A stretch of DNA of 64,000 bases, from contig CAWGJN010000016.1 of NCBI GenBank assembly GCA_963822925.1, positions 9,802 through 73,801 of the forward strand, given 5' to 3'. Shown here in pieces: positions 1 through 9,263 of this stretch. The position numbers and the translations under genes are program-made. Positions within the stretch are counted from its first letter, which is position 1. The number at the start of each line of letters is the position of its first letter. The notes under the pieces are model-generated. The model had not been told where the DNA came from. It saw only the letters and a program-made list of their open reading frames with translations, and made no database searches. The stretch is from an uncultured Gemmatimonadales bacterium. GTDB lineage: Bacteria; Gemmatimonadota; Gemmatimonadetes; Gemmatimonadales; GWC2-71-9.

Positions 1-597
1 TGGCTCGCCTCAGGGGCAATCCTGTCAGACGTCGCAAGCATCAAGGTGCCCATCATGGCGCGCGCACGCCAAGCGGGGCTCGAGCGACGATTCGCCGGCG
101 CGCACCCTCTCGCCGGAACTCACGGGAGCGGTTTCGGGGCCGCGCGACCCGACCTCTTCCGCAATGCGATCGTCTATGTCTGCTCCACGGGCACCGTGGA
201 GGGCGATACGGTGGCCCGCGCGGTGGCCAGCTTCTGGGAGCAGGTCGGTGAGTCCCAACCCGTGATAATCGAGGCCGGCGCGCACGATGTCCAGCTGGCC
301 TGGACCAGCCACCTGCCGCAGGCAGTCGCATCGGCGCTCGCCGTGTCCCTCAACGACCGGGCACTGGGCGGCGTCTCGTTCGGTCCGGGCGGCCGCGATA
401 CCACCCGGCTGGCGGCCAGTGATCCCGATCTCTGGGCGGAGATCTTCCTCGCGAATGCCGGTCCCGTGACTGACGCCCTGAACCAGGCCGGTGGCTCCCT
501 GCAACAATTGCAGGCGCTCATCACCGCCCGCGACGCGGCCGGCCTCCGGGCATTCCTGGCCCGGGCCGCCGCGTTCCGGAAGGGCCTTGATCGATGA
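1..597 (+). CDS. tyrA: prephenate/arogenate dehydrogenase, C-terminal part (5' end lies outside the window)
   Basis: The frame is open from base 1. The translation ...SDVASIKVPI...FAGAHPLAGTHGSGF...HDVQLAWTSHLPQAVASAL...RLAASDPDLWAEIF fits prephenate dehydrogenase. The stop TGA at 595-597 overlaps the aroA ATG. Confidence 0.8.
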   Translation, partial: WLASGAILSDVASIKVPIMARARQAGLERRFAGAHPLAGTHGSGFGAARPDLFRNAIVYVCSTGTVEGDTVARAVASFWEQVGESQPVIIEAGAHDVQLAWTSHLPQAVASALAVSLNDRALGGVSFGPGGRDTTRLAASDPDLWAEIFLANAGPVTDALNQAGGSLQQLQALITARDAAGLRAFLARAAAFRKGLDR

Positions 598-1865
598 TGG
601 TCCGTGGCGACGTGCGGGTTCCCGGCGACAAGAGCATTACCCATCGGGCCCTGCTCCTCGGCTCGCTCGCGAAGGGCCGCAGTCACATCGGCGGCGCCCT
701 CACGTCGCTGGACGCGAGGTCGAGCGCACGCGTGCTTCGCCAGCTGGGCGCGGCGATCACCCCCCTGCGCGCGGGGAGCGTGATCGAGATCGTGGGACGC
801 GGCAGGCTGCGGCGCCCTGAGGACGTGCTCGACTGTGGTAACTCCGGCACGACGACTCGACTGCTCCTGGGGATGCTGGCGGGCCATCGCTTCGCGGCCA
901 CGCTGACGGGTGATCGCTCGCTGCGACGTCGTCCCATGCGGCGGGTCAGCATTCCGCTCACCGAAATGGGCGCACGTTTCCAGATGACGAACGGGGACGG
1001 CCTGCCGCTCACGATTCGCGGCGGTGCGCTGCGCCCGCTGCGCTACGAGCAGCCGGTGTCGAGCGCCCAGATCAAGAGCTCTCTGCTGCTTGCCGGCGTC
1101 ACCGGTCATGTCGACGTCGCTATCCGTGAACCATTCGGTCGATCGCGTGACCACACCGAACGCCTGCTGCGGGCCTTCGGTTACCGGGTGGACGAGAGCC
1201 CGGACGGCTGGATCGAGATGTCCCCCACGGGGCGTATCGAGCCGTTTGACCTGCAGGTCCCCGGTGATCCGTCCTCCGCCGCATTCCTGGTCGGTGCGGC
1301 ACTGCTGGCGGAGGGTGGGGAATTGCGGATCTCGACCGTCGGCATCAATCCGACGCGTATCGGCTTCCTGGCTGTCCTGCAGCGCATGGGTGCGACGGTA
1401 CGCACCGAGTCACCGGCGAGCGAATTCGGCGAGCCCGTGGCCGACCTTGTGGTGACCCCGGCGTTGCTTCGCGCCACCGAGGTACGGGCTGCGGAGATAC
1501 CCGGCCTCATCGACGAGATTCCCATTCTCGCCGTACTGGCCTCGCGCGCGGCGGGCACGACGGTCTTTCGCGACGTCGGCGAGCTCCGGGTGAAGGAAAG
1601 TGACCGGCTGGGGCTGATGGCGGCCAACCTCCGGGCGGTGGGCGCCGAGGCAGAGGTGCATGGCGACGACCTGCACGTGCACGGTTCCGGGCGGGTTCCA
1701 GCGGGCCGGGTGCGAACGGAGGGGGATCACCGCCTGGCCATGGCCTTTGCGGTGCTGGGCACGGTTCCCGGCGCGCGCGTGAGAATTGACGACATGCGTT
1801 GCGCCGATGTGAGCTTCCCGCGATTCAGGGAGACGCTTGCCGGCATCAAGGTGCCGGGGCGATGA
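594..1865 (+). CDS. aroA: 3-phosphoshikimate 1-carboxyvinyltransferase (EPSP synthase)
   Basis: 423 aa with VPGDKSITHRALLLGSLA, LDCGNSGTTTRLL, LRVKESDRL and GDHRLAMAFAVLG signatures. The stop overlaps the cmk ATG (ATGA). Confidence 0.95.
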   Translation: MMVRGDVRVPGDKSITHRALLLGSLAKGRSHIGGALTSLDARSSARVLRQLGAAITPLRAGSVIEIVGRGRLRRPEDVLDCGNSGTTTRLLLGMLAGHRFAATLTGDRSLRRRPMRRVSIPLTEMGARFQMTNGDGLPLTIRGGALRPLRYEQPVSSAQIKSSLLLAGVTGHVDVAIREPFGRSRDHTERLLRAFGYRVDESPDGWIEMSPTGRIEPFDLQVPGDPSSAAFLVGAALLAEGGELRISTVGINPTRIGFLAVLQRMGATVRTESPASEFGEPVADLVVTPALLRATEVRAAEIPGLIDEIPILAVLASRAAGTTVFRDVGELRVKESDRLGLMAANLRAVGAEAEVHGDDLHVHGSGRVPAGRVRTEGDHRLAMAFAVLGTVPGARVRIDDMRCADVSFPRFRETLAGIKVPGR

Positions 1866-2565
1866 TGCGCCGCGGCATTGTGGCGATCGATGGGCCGGCG
1901 GCCTCCGGCAAGTCGAGCACGGCGCGCGCCGTGGCGGAGGCACTGGGCTTCGGGCACCTCGATTCGGGTTCCCTGTATCGTGCCATCACGCATGTCGCGC
2001 TGGACGAGGCGGCGCGCGCCGGGGTGGAGAATCCGCTGGCCCTCCCGCTCGACGCGGTGCTGCGCAGCGCCGAAGACCGTGGGCTCATGCTCCAGCCGGA
2101 CGGCGCTGGGTTCGCCTGCTACCTGGACGGCGCGCCCGCCGATGCGGACCTGCGCACGGCGGCGGTGACTTCGCACGTGTCGGCGGTGTCGGCGGTGCCG
2201 GTGGTGCGTGAGTGGGTCAACGCGAAGCTGCGGGAACTCGCGCGTGCCGGCGTCGGCGTGGTCGTCGATGGTCGCGACATCGGCACGGTGGTGTTTCCCG
2301 ACGCCGACCTCAAGGTGTTCCTCACGGCCACGCCCGAGGCACGGGCGCGGCGCCGGCTGGAACAGCGCGGTGACGCGGTGGATGCCGGGGAGCTGGCCCG
2401 TGAAGCGGAGCGCCTTGCACTGCGCGACCGGGCCGATGCGTCGCGCGCGGTTGCACCGCTGCGTCGGGCGCCACGATGCGGTCGAGGTGGATACCACCAG
2501 GATGTCGTTCGCGGAGCAGGTGCGACCGGATCGTCGCCGCATCCCGGCGCGCGCTGGCCGACTAG
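1862..2565 (+). pseudogene. cmk: cytidylate kinase whose frame is broken twice near the 3' end (pseudogene or sequence error)
   Basis: The N-terminus MMRRGIVAIDGPAASGKSSTARAVAEALGFGHLDSGSLYR is canonical Cmk through ...RAVAPLRRAP (ends 2473). The expected continuation DAVEVDTTRMSFAEQV is in the next frame (2475-2522). A plausible C-terminus DRIVAASRRALAD* is in the third frame (2524-2565). The uninterrupted ORF 1799-2980 gives Arg/Gly-rich nonsense after 2474. Confidence 0.75.
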
Positions 2566-2660
2566 CGCGGATATCCCTTGGAGTACATTCTGCACAGCGA
2601 GCGGCGCCGTGACGGCGCGTGTCCACGGCGGACCAGCCGGATATCGAACCAAGGTTATCA

Positions 2661-3489
2661 ATGCGTGTGATGCGCCTGTTTCTGGCACTCACCGGTGCGG
2701 CACTGCTGCCTGCTGCACTCATGGCGCAAGAAGAGAAGCCGGTCAATGTCGGCGACCTGGCCAAGGCGGCCCAGAACCCGGTCGCCAGCCTGATATCGAT
2801 ACCTTTCCAGTTCAACTTCAACAGCGGTGGCGGCCTCGGCGCGGGCACGCTCTTCAACCTGAACGTGCAACCGGTCATCCCGATCAAAGTCACCCAAGAC
2901 TGGAATGTCATCTTCCGGACCATCGTTCCCTTCCTGAGCAGCCCGACAGCCAGCGGCGATCAGGTCAGCGGCATCGGTGATATCCAGCTCCAGTTTTTTG
3001 CATCGCCGGCACATCCTGGCAAGATCATCTGGGGTCTCGGTCCCATCTTTTCGGTACCGGCCGCTACCAACCCGCTGTTCCGCACCGGCTCCTGGGCTGT
3101 GGGTCCAACAGCGGTCGTCCTTACCACGCCTGGGCACTGGGTGCTCGGCATCCTGGCCAACCAGTTGTGGACGTTCGCCGAATCCGGCGATGCCCCGGAC
3201 GTGAACCAGCTGCTGATCCAGCCGTTCGTCAACTACAACTTCGGGAAGGGTTGGGCCATCTCAACCGCTCCGATCATCACGGCGAACTGGAGCGGATCGG
3301 GGGAGCAGTGGACCGTTCCGCTCGGCGGGGGTCATTTCCAAGACGACGGTCTTCAACCGGCGCCCCATGACGATTGCCGGGCAGTACTACTACAACGTGT
3401 CCCATCCTGCCTCCGGTCCTTCGAGCCAGTTCCGCCTGTTCATCTCGCTCCTGTACCCGGCGGGCCCCAAGCCGGGGGAGAAGAAGTAG
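2661..3489 (+). pseudogene. outer-membrane beta-barrel protein resembling the 'MetA-pathway of phenol degradation' family, with one frameshift in a G5 run
   Basis: ATG at 2661 follows AAGG. It has a signal peptide (MRVMRLFLALTGAALLPAALMAQ) and motifs NPVASLISIPFQFNFN, NVQPVIPI, GIGDIQLQFF and WTVPLGG. After the G run at 3327-3331 the expected C-terminus VISKTTVFNRRPMTIAGQYYYNVSHPASGPSSQFRLFISLLYP...* continues in the +1 frame to TAG 3487-3489. The family assignment is from memory. Confidence 0.7.
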
Positions 3490-3491
3490 CG

Positions 3492-4660
3492 GTGCCGGCG
3501 CCCGGCAGCTCGGACCCCTTCGGCACGGGCCCGTTCCAGGCACTGCTTCATGCGCTGCATTTGCGATCCGGAGACGAGGCTGCGCTCGGGCGGCGGGCGA
3601 TCATTGCGGTGCTGGTGGCCTGGGTTCCGCTGGTCGTCCTGGCGCAGCTACAGGGACTCGCCATTGGTACCGGTCACGTGGCCGTGCTGATGGATTTCGC
3701 TGCGTACGCGCGATTCCTGGTGGCAGTTCCGCTGCTGGTGCTGGCGGAGGGCCAGACCCGAACCTGGCTGCAGCGCGTGCTGGCCCACTTCATGGACACG
3801 CGGCTGATTCCGCCCAGCGAGGATGCGCGCTTCACCGAACTGCTCGAATCGACCCGCCGGCTCCTGTCCTCGCCGCTCGCGCTTCTGGCAATCGTTGCCC
3901 TGGCGTTTGCGCTGACGCTCGCGTCGGGCGCGGCGTGGAGGGCGCAAGGTGCGGTGCTCTGGACGGTCGTGGAACGCGATGGCCAGCAGGTTGTTTCGTA
4001 CGCGGGCTGGTGGCGCCTGCTGGTGAGCCAGCCGCTGTTCCTGTCGTTGCTGCTCACCTGGTTCTGGCGGCTCTTCCTCTGGGCGCGCTGCATACGGCGC
4101 ATCGCACGCATGGATGTGCGGATTATCGCCTCCCATCCGGATCACGCCGGCGGACTGGGCTTCCTCGGGCAGTCGCTGAGGGGGTTCCCGATTCTGGCGT
4201 TCGCGTTCGGCAGTGCGGTGGCCGGGACGCTGGCCAACCTGGTGATCCACGAGAACCACTCGCCGACGACGCTCACGCCGGTGATCATCGCCACCGTCGC
4301 CTTCATCCTGCTGATCAGCGCCGGTCCGCTCCTGGCCTTCATTCGGCCGATGCGCGAGGCCCAGGATGACGCCGAACTGAGCTATGGTGCCCTGGCGACG
4401 TCGTGGGCCAGCGTTTCGAGGAGCGCTGGCTCCCCCAGGCGAACGATGTTTCCCCGGACGCACTCGGGGTGACCGACTTCTCGGCGACCACCGACCTCTT
4501 CAGCGTGGCGGCCAATGTCACGGACATGCGGCCGATCCCCATCGAGATCAAGGACTTTGTGCCCCTCCTCGTGGCGACGGTGCTGCCATTCCTGCCCATC
4601 ATCCTGCGGCAGGTTTCGTTTGCGGACCTGCTGACGGTCGCCAAGCGCATGCTCATGTAG
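3492..4660 (+). pseudogene. polytopic membrane protein of unknown function, with a probable -1 frame break near 4401-4405
   Basis: GTG 3492 lies 2 nt after the upstream stop. It has several long hydrophobic segments (IIAVLVAWVPLVVLAQL, FLVAVPLLVLA, LALLAIVALAFALTLA, PVIIATVAFILLISAGPLLAF). After ...ELSYGALATS the frame-0 tail is Arg/Ser-rich (SVSRSAGSPRRTMFPRTHSG*). The adjacent frame reads protein-like sequence GQRFEERWLPQANDV...DFVPLLVATVLPFLPIIL... to TAG 4658-4660. Confidence 0.55.
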
Positions 4661-4711
4661 GCGGGACGAGACTTGAGGCTTCCGTAAGGGCCAGCTTTCG
4701 GGTACTGTTTA

Positions 4712-4747
4712 GGGCTCCGGGCGCACTTCGGCGACCGGAGCCTTTTT
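4712..4747 (+). terminator. intrinsic terminator downstream of the membrane-protein gene
   Basis: GGGCTCCGG-(loop)-CCGGAGCC stem followed by TTTTT (4743-4747). Confidence 0.6.
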
Positions 4748-4814
4748 CACCCCAGCCCGTGACCGCCCGCTGCACCAGGGGCGGCACGGACGACAGCAAG
4801 GAAGTGACTCCGCA

Positions 4815-6521
4815 ATGATTGATCAGGACACCCCCACCGAGCTCAAGCAGTTCGCCACGCCGACCGGACTTCGCGTCCGCCAGGACCTCTACGACGAGGA
4901 GTATTCCGACTCCGACTATGAGACCATGCTGTCCCTGTACGAGGGGACCATGGCATCCATCGTCGAGGGCGAGATCGTCAAGTCGAAGGTCCTCCGCGTC
5001 ACCGACAATGCCGTCATCCTCGACGTCGGCTTCAAGTCGGAAGGCTCGGTGCCGCTGGACGAGTTCAACAATCCGCAGGACCTGAAGGAAGGCGATGAAG
5101 TCGAAGTGTTCCTCGAGCACCTCGAGGACCAGGAGGGCGCGGTCGTGCTCTCCAAGAAGAAGGCCGACTTCATGCGCGTGTGGGAGAAGATCCGCGTGGC
5201 CTACGAGAGCGACCAGCCGGTGCAGGGCGCGCTCAAGAAGAAGATCAAGGGCGGCGTGGTGGTCGACCTCATGGGCGTCGACGCGTTCCTCCCCGGCAGC
5301 CAGATCGCGCTCCGCCGGGTGCCGAACATCGACGACCTGCTCGGGCAGTCGTTCGAGTTCAAGATCATCAAGCTCAACAAGCGCCGGCGGAACATCGTGG
5401 TCAGCCGCCGCGTGATCCTCGAGAACGAGCGGGCGCACAAGCGCGAGTTCCTGATGAAGGAGCTGGCGGTGGCGCAGGTGCGGAAGGGCATCGTCAAGAA
5501 CATCACCGATTTCGGTGCGTTCATCGATCTCGGCGGCGTCGACGGCCTGCTCCACATCACCGACATGTCATACGGCCGCGTGTCGCACCCGACCGAGATG
5601 GTGCAGATCGGCCACGAGGTCGAGGTCAAGGTGCTCGACATCGACTGGCAGCGTGAGCGCATCTCGCTCGGCATGAAGCAGCTGCAGAACTACCCGTGGC
5701 AGAACGTGGCGGCCAAGTACCCGGTCGGCACGCGGGTACAGGGCAAGGTGGTCTCGATCACCAACTACGGCGCGTTCGTGGAGCTCGAGCCGGGCATCGA
5801 GGGCCTGGTGCACATCTCCGAGATGAGCTGGACCCGCAACGTGCGCCACCCGTCGAAGATCGTCAGCATCGGCGAGACGATCGAGGCAGTGGTGCTCAAG
5901 GTCGACGAGACCGAGGAGAAGATCTCGCTCGGCATGAAGCAGACGGAGCAGGATCCGTGGATGGTGCTGCCGCTCAAGTACCCGGTGGGCACGCGCATCG
6001 CGGGCAAGGTGCGGAACCTCACCAGCTTCGGCGCCTTCGTCGAGATCGAGCCGGGCATCGACGGCCTGATCCACATCTCCGACATGTCCTGGACCAAGCG
6101 AGTCCAGCACCCGTCCGAGGTGGTGAAGAAGGGCGATGCGGTCGACGTCGTGATCCTGAACATCGACGCCGACAACAAGCGGATCTCCCTCGGCCTCAAG
6201 CAGGCGGAAGAGGATCCGTGGCTCAAGATCGGCGAGACGTACCCCATCGGCATGGAGCTCAAGGGTCACGTCGTCCGCCTGATGGACAAGGGCGTCGTCG
6301 TCGATTGCGGCAACGACATCGAGGGCTTCGTCCCGATCTCGCAGCTCGGCGTGGCCGACATCGAGAACCCGGGCGATGCGGTGAAGGAGGGCCAGCCGGT
6401 CGACCTCAAGGTGCTCGAGGTGGACCCGATTCATCACCGCATCGTGCTCGCGGCCATCGGGTACCCCGAGGGCGAGTGGATCACGGTGCCGAAGCTCGAG
6501 ATCCCGCCCGACGAGATGTGA
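4815..6521 (+). CDS. rpsA: 30S ribosomal protein S1
   Basis: 568 aa with six consecutive S1 domains (repeated G.V....FGAFV.L..G..GL.H.S motifs). AAGGAAG lies upstream of the ATG. Confidence 0.97.
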   Translation: MIDQDTPTELKQFATPTGLRVRQDLYDEEYSDSDYETMLSLYEGTMASIVEGEIVKSKVLRVTDNAVILDVGFKSEGSVPLDEFNNPQDLKEGDEVEVFLEHLEDQEGAVVLSKKKADFMRVWEKIRVAYESDQPVQGALKKKIKGGVVVDLMGVDAFLPGSQIALRRVPNIDDLLGQSFEFKIIKLNKRRRNIVVSRRVILENERAHKREFLMKELAVAQVRKGIVKNITDFGAFIDLGGVDGLLHITDMSYGRVSHPTEMVQIGHEVEVKVLDIDWQRERISLGMKQLQNYPWQNVAAKYPVGTRVQGKVVSITNYGAFVELEPGIEGLVHISEMSWTRNVRHPSKIVSIGETIEAVVLKVDETEEKISLGMKQTEQDPWMVLPLKYPVGTRIAGKVRNLTSFGAFVEIEPGIDGLIHISDMSWTKRVQHPSEVVKKGDAVDVVILNIDADNKRISLGLKQAEEDPWLKIGETYPIGMELKGHVVRLMDKGVVVDCGNDIEGFVPISQLGVADIENPGDAVKEGQPVDLKVLEVDPIHHRIVLAAIGYPEGEWITVPKLEIPPDEM

Positions 6522-6527
6522 TACCGC

Positions 6528-6634
6528 GGTGAACGGTGAGCAGTAAACAGTGAACGGGGGGCTCGGTGAGCCTCCCGCTTTCACTTTCCGGGGGTAAGTT
6601 CCGTTCCGTTTACCGTTCACCGTTCACCGTTCAC
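6528..6634. repeat. long imperfect palindrome built from tandem GTGAACG / CCGTTCA heptamers (copy 1)
   Basis: Left arm GGTGAACGGTGAGCAGTAAACAGTGAACGG (6528-6557). Right arm CCGTTCCGTTTACCGTTCACCGTTCACCGTTCAC (6601-6634). It starts 7 nt after the rpsA stop. A second copy is at 24723-24791. Confidence 0.7.
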
Positions 6635-6646
6635 TACCGAAGGCCG

Positions 6647-8200
6647 ATGCCCTCACCCCGCGACCTTCTCGACGACCTGCATCATCGCCGCGCCGCCGCC
6701 GAGGAAGGTGGCGGAGCCGCCCGCGTGGCGCAGCAGCACAAGAAGGGAAAGCTCACGGCCCGCGAACGGCTCGACCTGCTGCTCGATCCCGGCACGTTCA
6801 CCGAGCTTGACCGGTTCGTCACCCACCGCGCCACCGATTTCGGGCTTGGCGACCAGGTATACCTCGGCGACGGGGTGGTTACGGGGTCGGGCCGCATCGG
6901 TGACCGTCTGGTCTACGTGTACTCCCAGGACTTCACGGTTTTCGGCGGATCGCTGTCTGAGGCCCACGCGGAGAAGATCTGCAAGGTGATGGACCTCGCC
7001 GTGCGGAACGGGGCCCCGATCATCGGGCTCAGCGACTCGGGCGGCGCCCGCATTCAGGAGGGGGTTGTTTCGCTGGGAGGCTACGCCGAGATCTTCCTGC
7101 GCAACACGCTGGCCTCCGGAGTCGTCCCGCAGATCTCGGTCATCCTGGGTCCCTGTGCCGGGGGTGCCGTCTACAGTCCCGCCATCACCGACTTCGTCTT
7201 CATGGTCCGCGACGTGAGCTACATGTTCGTCACGGGCCCGAACGTGGTGAAGACGGTGACGCACGAGGATGTGACCTTCAACGACCTGGGTGGGGCCGAC
7301 GTGCACGGCATGGTGTCGGGAGTGTCGCACTTCAGCTTCGATTCCGAACCCGCGTGCCTGAACGCTGTGCGCGAGCTGGTGGGGTATCTCCCATCCAACA
7401 ACCTGGACGAGCCGCCCAGCCGAACGACCGAAGACCCCGACGACCGGGCCGACGAGGCGCTGCTCGACGTAGTGCCTGACAGCGCCAACCGGCCGTACGA
7501 CATGCTGGACGTGCTGCACCGGGTGGCCGACGAAGGAATCTTCCTCGAGGTCCACAGGGGATTCGCCGACAACATCGTGGTCGGGTTTGCCCGGCTGGGT
7601 GGCCGCCCGGTGGGCATGGTGGCCAACCAGCCGGCCGTGCTCGCCGGTGTGCTCGACATCAATGCGAGTGCCAAGGCCGCGCGCTTCATCCGGTTCTGCG
7701 ACTGCTTCAACATTCCGCTCGTAACGTTCGTGGACGTACCGGGGTTCCTGCCGGGCGTCGCCCAGGAGCATGGCGGCATCATCCGGCACGGCGCCAAGCT
7801 GCTCTACGCCTATTGCGAGGCAACGGTACCCAAGCTGACCGTGATCACGCGGAAGGCATATGGCGGGGCCTACGACGTGATGAGCTCGAAGCACATTCGG
7901 GGCGACCTGAACCTCGCGTGGCCAACCGCCGAAATTGCCGTGATGGGGGCCAAGGGCGCCGTGGAGATTCTGTTCCGGGACGAGATTGCCAAGGCGGCGG
8001 ATCCTGCCGCCGCGCTGGCGCGGTTCACCGAGGAGTACCAGGCGCGGTTTGCCCATCCGTACGCCGCGGCCGCCCGGGGTTATGTCGATGATGTCATCGA
8101 TCCACGGGAGACCCGCGCCCGCCTGATCGAGGCCGTCAGAACCCTGCGGACAAAGCGGGACCGGAACCCGCCGCGCAAGCATGGGAACATCCCGCTGTAG
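6647..8200 (+). CDS. acyl-CoA carboxylase carboxyltransferase (beta) subunit, resembling propionyl-/methylmalonyl-CoA carboxyltransferase
   Basis: Contains [71 protein letters not shown] and [11 protein letters not shown] chose the start at the internal ATG 6647 because the upstream part of the ORF lies inside the palindrome. Confidence 0.93.
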   Translation: MPSPRDLLDDLHHRRAAAEEGGGAARVAQQHKKGKLTARERLDLLLDPGTFTELDRFVTHRATDFGLGDQVYLGDGVVTGSGRIGDRLVYVYSQDFTVFGGSLSEAHAEKICKVMDLAVRNGAPIIGLSDSGGARIQEGVVSLGGYAEIFLRNTLASGVVPQISVILGPCAGGAVYSPAITDFVFMVRDVSYMFVTGPNVVKTVTHEDVTFNDLGGADVHGMVSGVSHFSFDSEPACLNAVRELVGYLPSNNLDEPPSRTTEDPDDRADEALLDVVPDSANRPYDMLDVLHRVADEGIFLEVHRGFADNIVVGFARLGGRPVGMVANQPAVLAGVLDINASAKAARFIRFCDCFNIPLVTFVDVPGFLPGVAQEHGGIIRHGAKLLYAYCEATVPKLTVITRKAYGGAYDVMSSKHIRGDLNLAWPTAEIAVMGAKGAVEILFRDEIAKAADPAAALARFTEEYQARFAHPYAAAARGYVDDVIDPRETRARLIEAVRTLRTKRDRNPPRKHGNIPL

Positions 8201-8275
8201 CCTTGACCGGGGCCAGGGTTCTTCAGCCGGGGGGCCCCGCTTGCCCCCCGGAGCCCCGGAAGCCATCTTCAAGCC

Positions 8276-9247
8276 ATGCCTCGACTTGTGACGAACCGGC
8301 TCCTGCTCGGTCTCTGGCTGTCGGGTGTACCTACGCTGCTTGCTGCACAGGGCGCCATCGATCCGCGCATGCCGGTCCGCGCGGCCGAGCTGGTGCGTCA
8401 GGGCGAGCGCAGCGTAGCCACCGACATGCTGGGTCGCTACCTCGCGGTGGCGCCCGACGATGGTCACGCCTGGCTGCAACTCGGCCGCCTCTACCTCATC
8501 GAGATCCGTGAATGGCATGCGAGGCATCAGGGCGAACCGGACGGCGCCCTGTTGCTCGACTTCGCGCAGGCAGCGTTCGACCAGGCCGAGCGGCTCGTGC
8601 CCGATTCGAGTTCGGTGCTCCATACCGAGGTGGAGATCGACCGGGCGCTCGTCGTCTTCGAGACGCTGGGCTGGACCGCGGCCCGCACCCAGTGGCAGCG
8701 GATGTCGCGCTCACAGCTTCCGCCGGAAGTCGCCGAACTGGGTGAAAACCTGCTGCGCTCGTGTCCGGCAGGTGGCGTGCTGGTGACGGGGGGCGACATC
8801 GAGGCGCTGGCGGTGTGGCAGGCGGCGCTCGCGTCGCGCGATCGCAGCGACGTCATTCCCCTCAGGCCCGACCTCTATGTCTCCGATGCGGTCTATCGTC
8901 AGCGCGCCGCCGAAATCCTGCAGGTCGATCCGGCCGCCTCGCTGCGGAATGCGCTCACCGAGGCGGCGAGTCGCCGGCCCATCTGTATCGCGCCGGCGAC
9001 GGACGCTGCGGCCGTACCCGACATGCAGTGGCATGCAAGTCGTCTCGTGCGGGTAAATCGTGGCGAGGCACCACCATCCGACGTGCTGGCCTTCACGGCC
9101 CTGATCGAAGCCAGCAGGGGTGAGGCGTCCGCGTGGGTCGAGGATGTCCGTGCCGTTTATGACGGTGCCGCGCGCTACAACGTGCTCCTGTGTCCTGTAC
9201 TCCAGCCTGTCTTCGGCAACACCCCACCCGCTGCCTGTCGCCCCTGA
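8276..9247 (+). CDS. hypothetical secreted protein
   Basis: 323 aa with an N-terminal signal-like segment (LLLGLWLSGVPTLLAAQG) and a TPR-like stretch (GHAWLQLGRLYL). GC3 coding bias is good. No confident family. Confidence 0.6.
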   Translation: MPRLVTNRLLLGLWLSGVPTLLAAQGAIDPRMPVRAAELVRQGERSVATDMLGRYLAVAPDDGHAWLQLGRLYLIEIREWHARHQGEPDGALLLDFAQAAFDQAERLVPDSSSVLHTEVEIDRALVVFETLGWTAARTQWQRMSRSQLPPEVAELGENLLRSCPAGGVLVTGGDIEALAVWQAALASRDRSDVIPLRPDLYVSDAVYRQRAAEILQVDPAASLRNALTEAASRRPICIAPATDAAAVPDMQWHASRLVRVNRGEAPPSDVLAFTALIEASRGEASAWVEDVRAVYDGAARYNVLLCPVLQPVFGNTPPAACRP

Positions 9248-9263
9248 CGCCGCCTAACCCATC

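Noticed and set aside
2470-2530. Programmed ribosomal frameshifting as an explanation for the cmk breaks and the other frame breaks.
   Set aside because: I saw no slippery heptamer, no prfB-like stop/SD context and no downstream pseudoknot at any site. Two consecutive +1 events 49 nt apart are implausible as a programmed mechanism.
1799-2980. 393-aa ORF that looks like an oversized cmk.
   Set aside because: Only the first 204 codons or so after ATG 1862 resemble Cmk. The remainder is read-through in a wrong frame after the first frame break and overlaps the next gene.
2619-4472. 617-aa ORF suggesting a single large protein.
   Set aside because: It is a chimaera. An outer-membrane barrel gene runs to 3331. 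Out-of-frame sequence then bridges 3332-3491 over the true stop at 3487-3489. A separate membrane-protein gene starts at GTG 3492.
6601-6634. Tandem CCGTTCA heptamers as a possible CRISPR array or microsatellite.
   Set aside because: The repeat unit is only 7 nt with no spacers and no cas genes. The units form one arm of a palindrome, so they are reported as a palindromic repeat family instead.
6653-8623. 656-aa ORF on the minus strand, antisense to the carboxyltransferase gene. Similar long antisense ORFs occur at 13444-15516, 21461-23476, 32267-34126, 35433-37097, 38515-39828, 41393-42385 and 56048-57676.
   Set aside because: Their translations are Arg/Gly/His/Pro-rich and lack recognisable motifs. 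Each lies exactly opposite a gene with strong motif support. Long stop-free antisense frames are expected in high-GC DNA.
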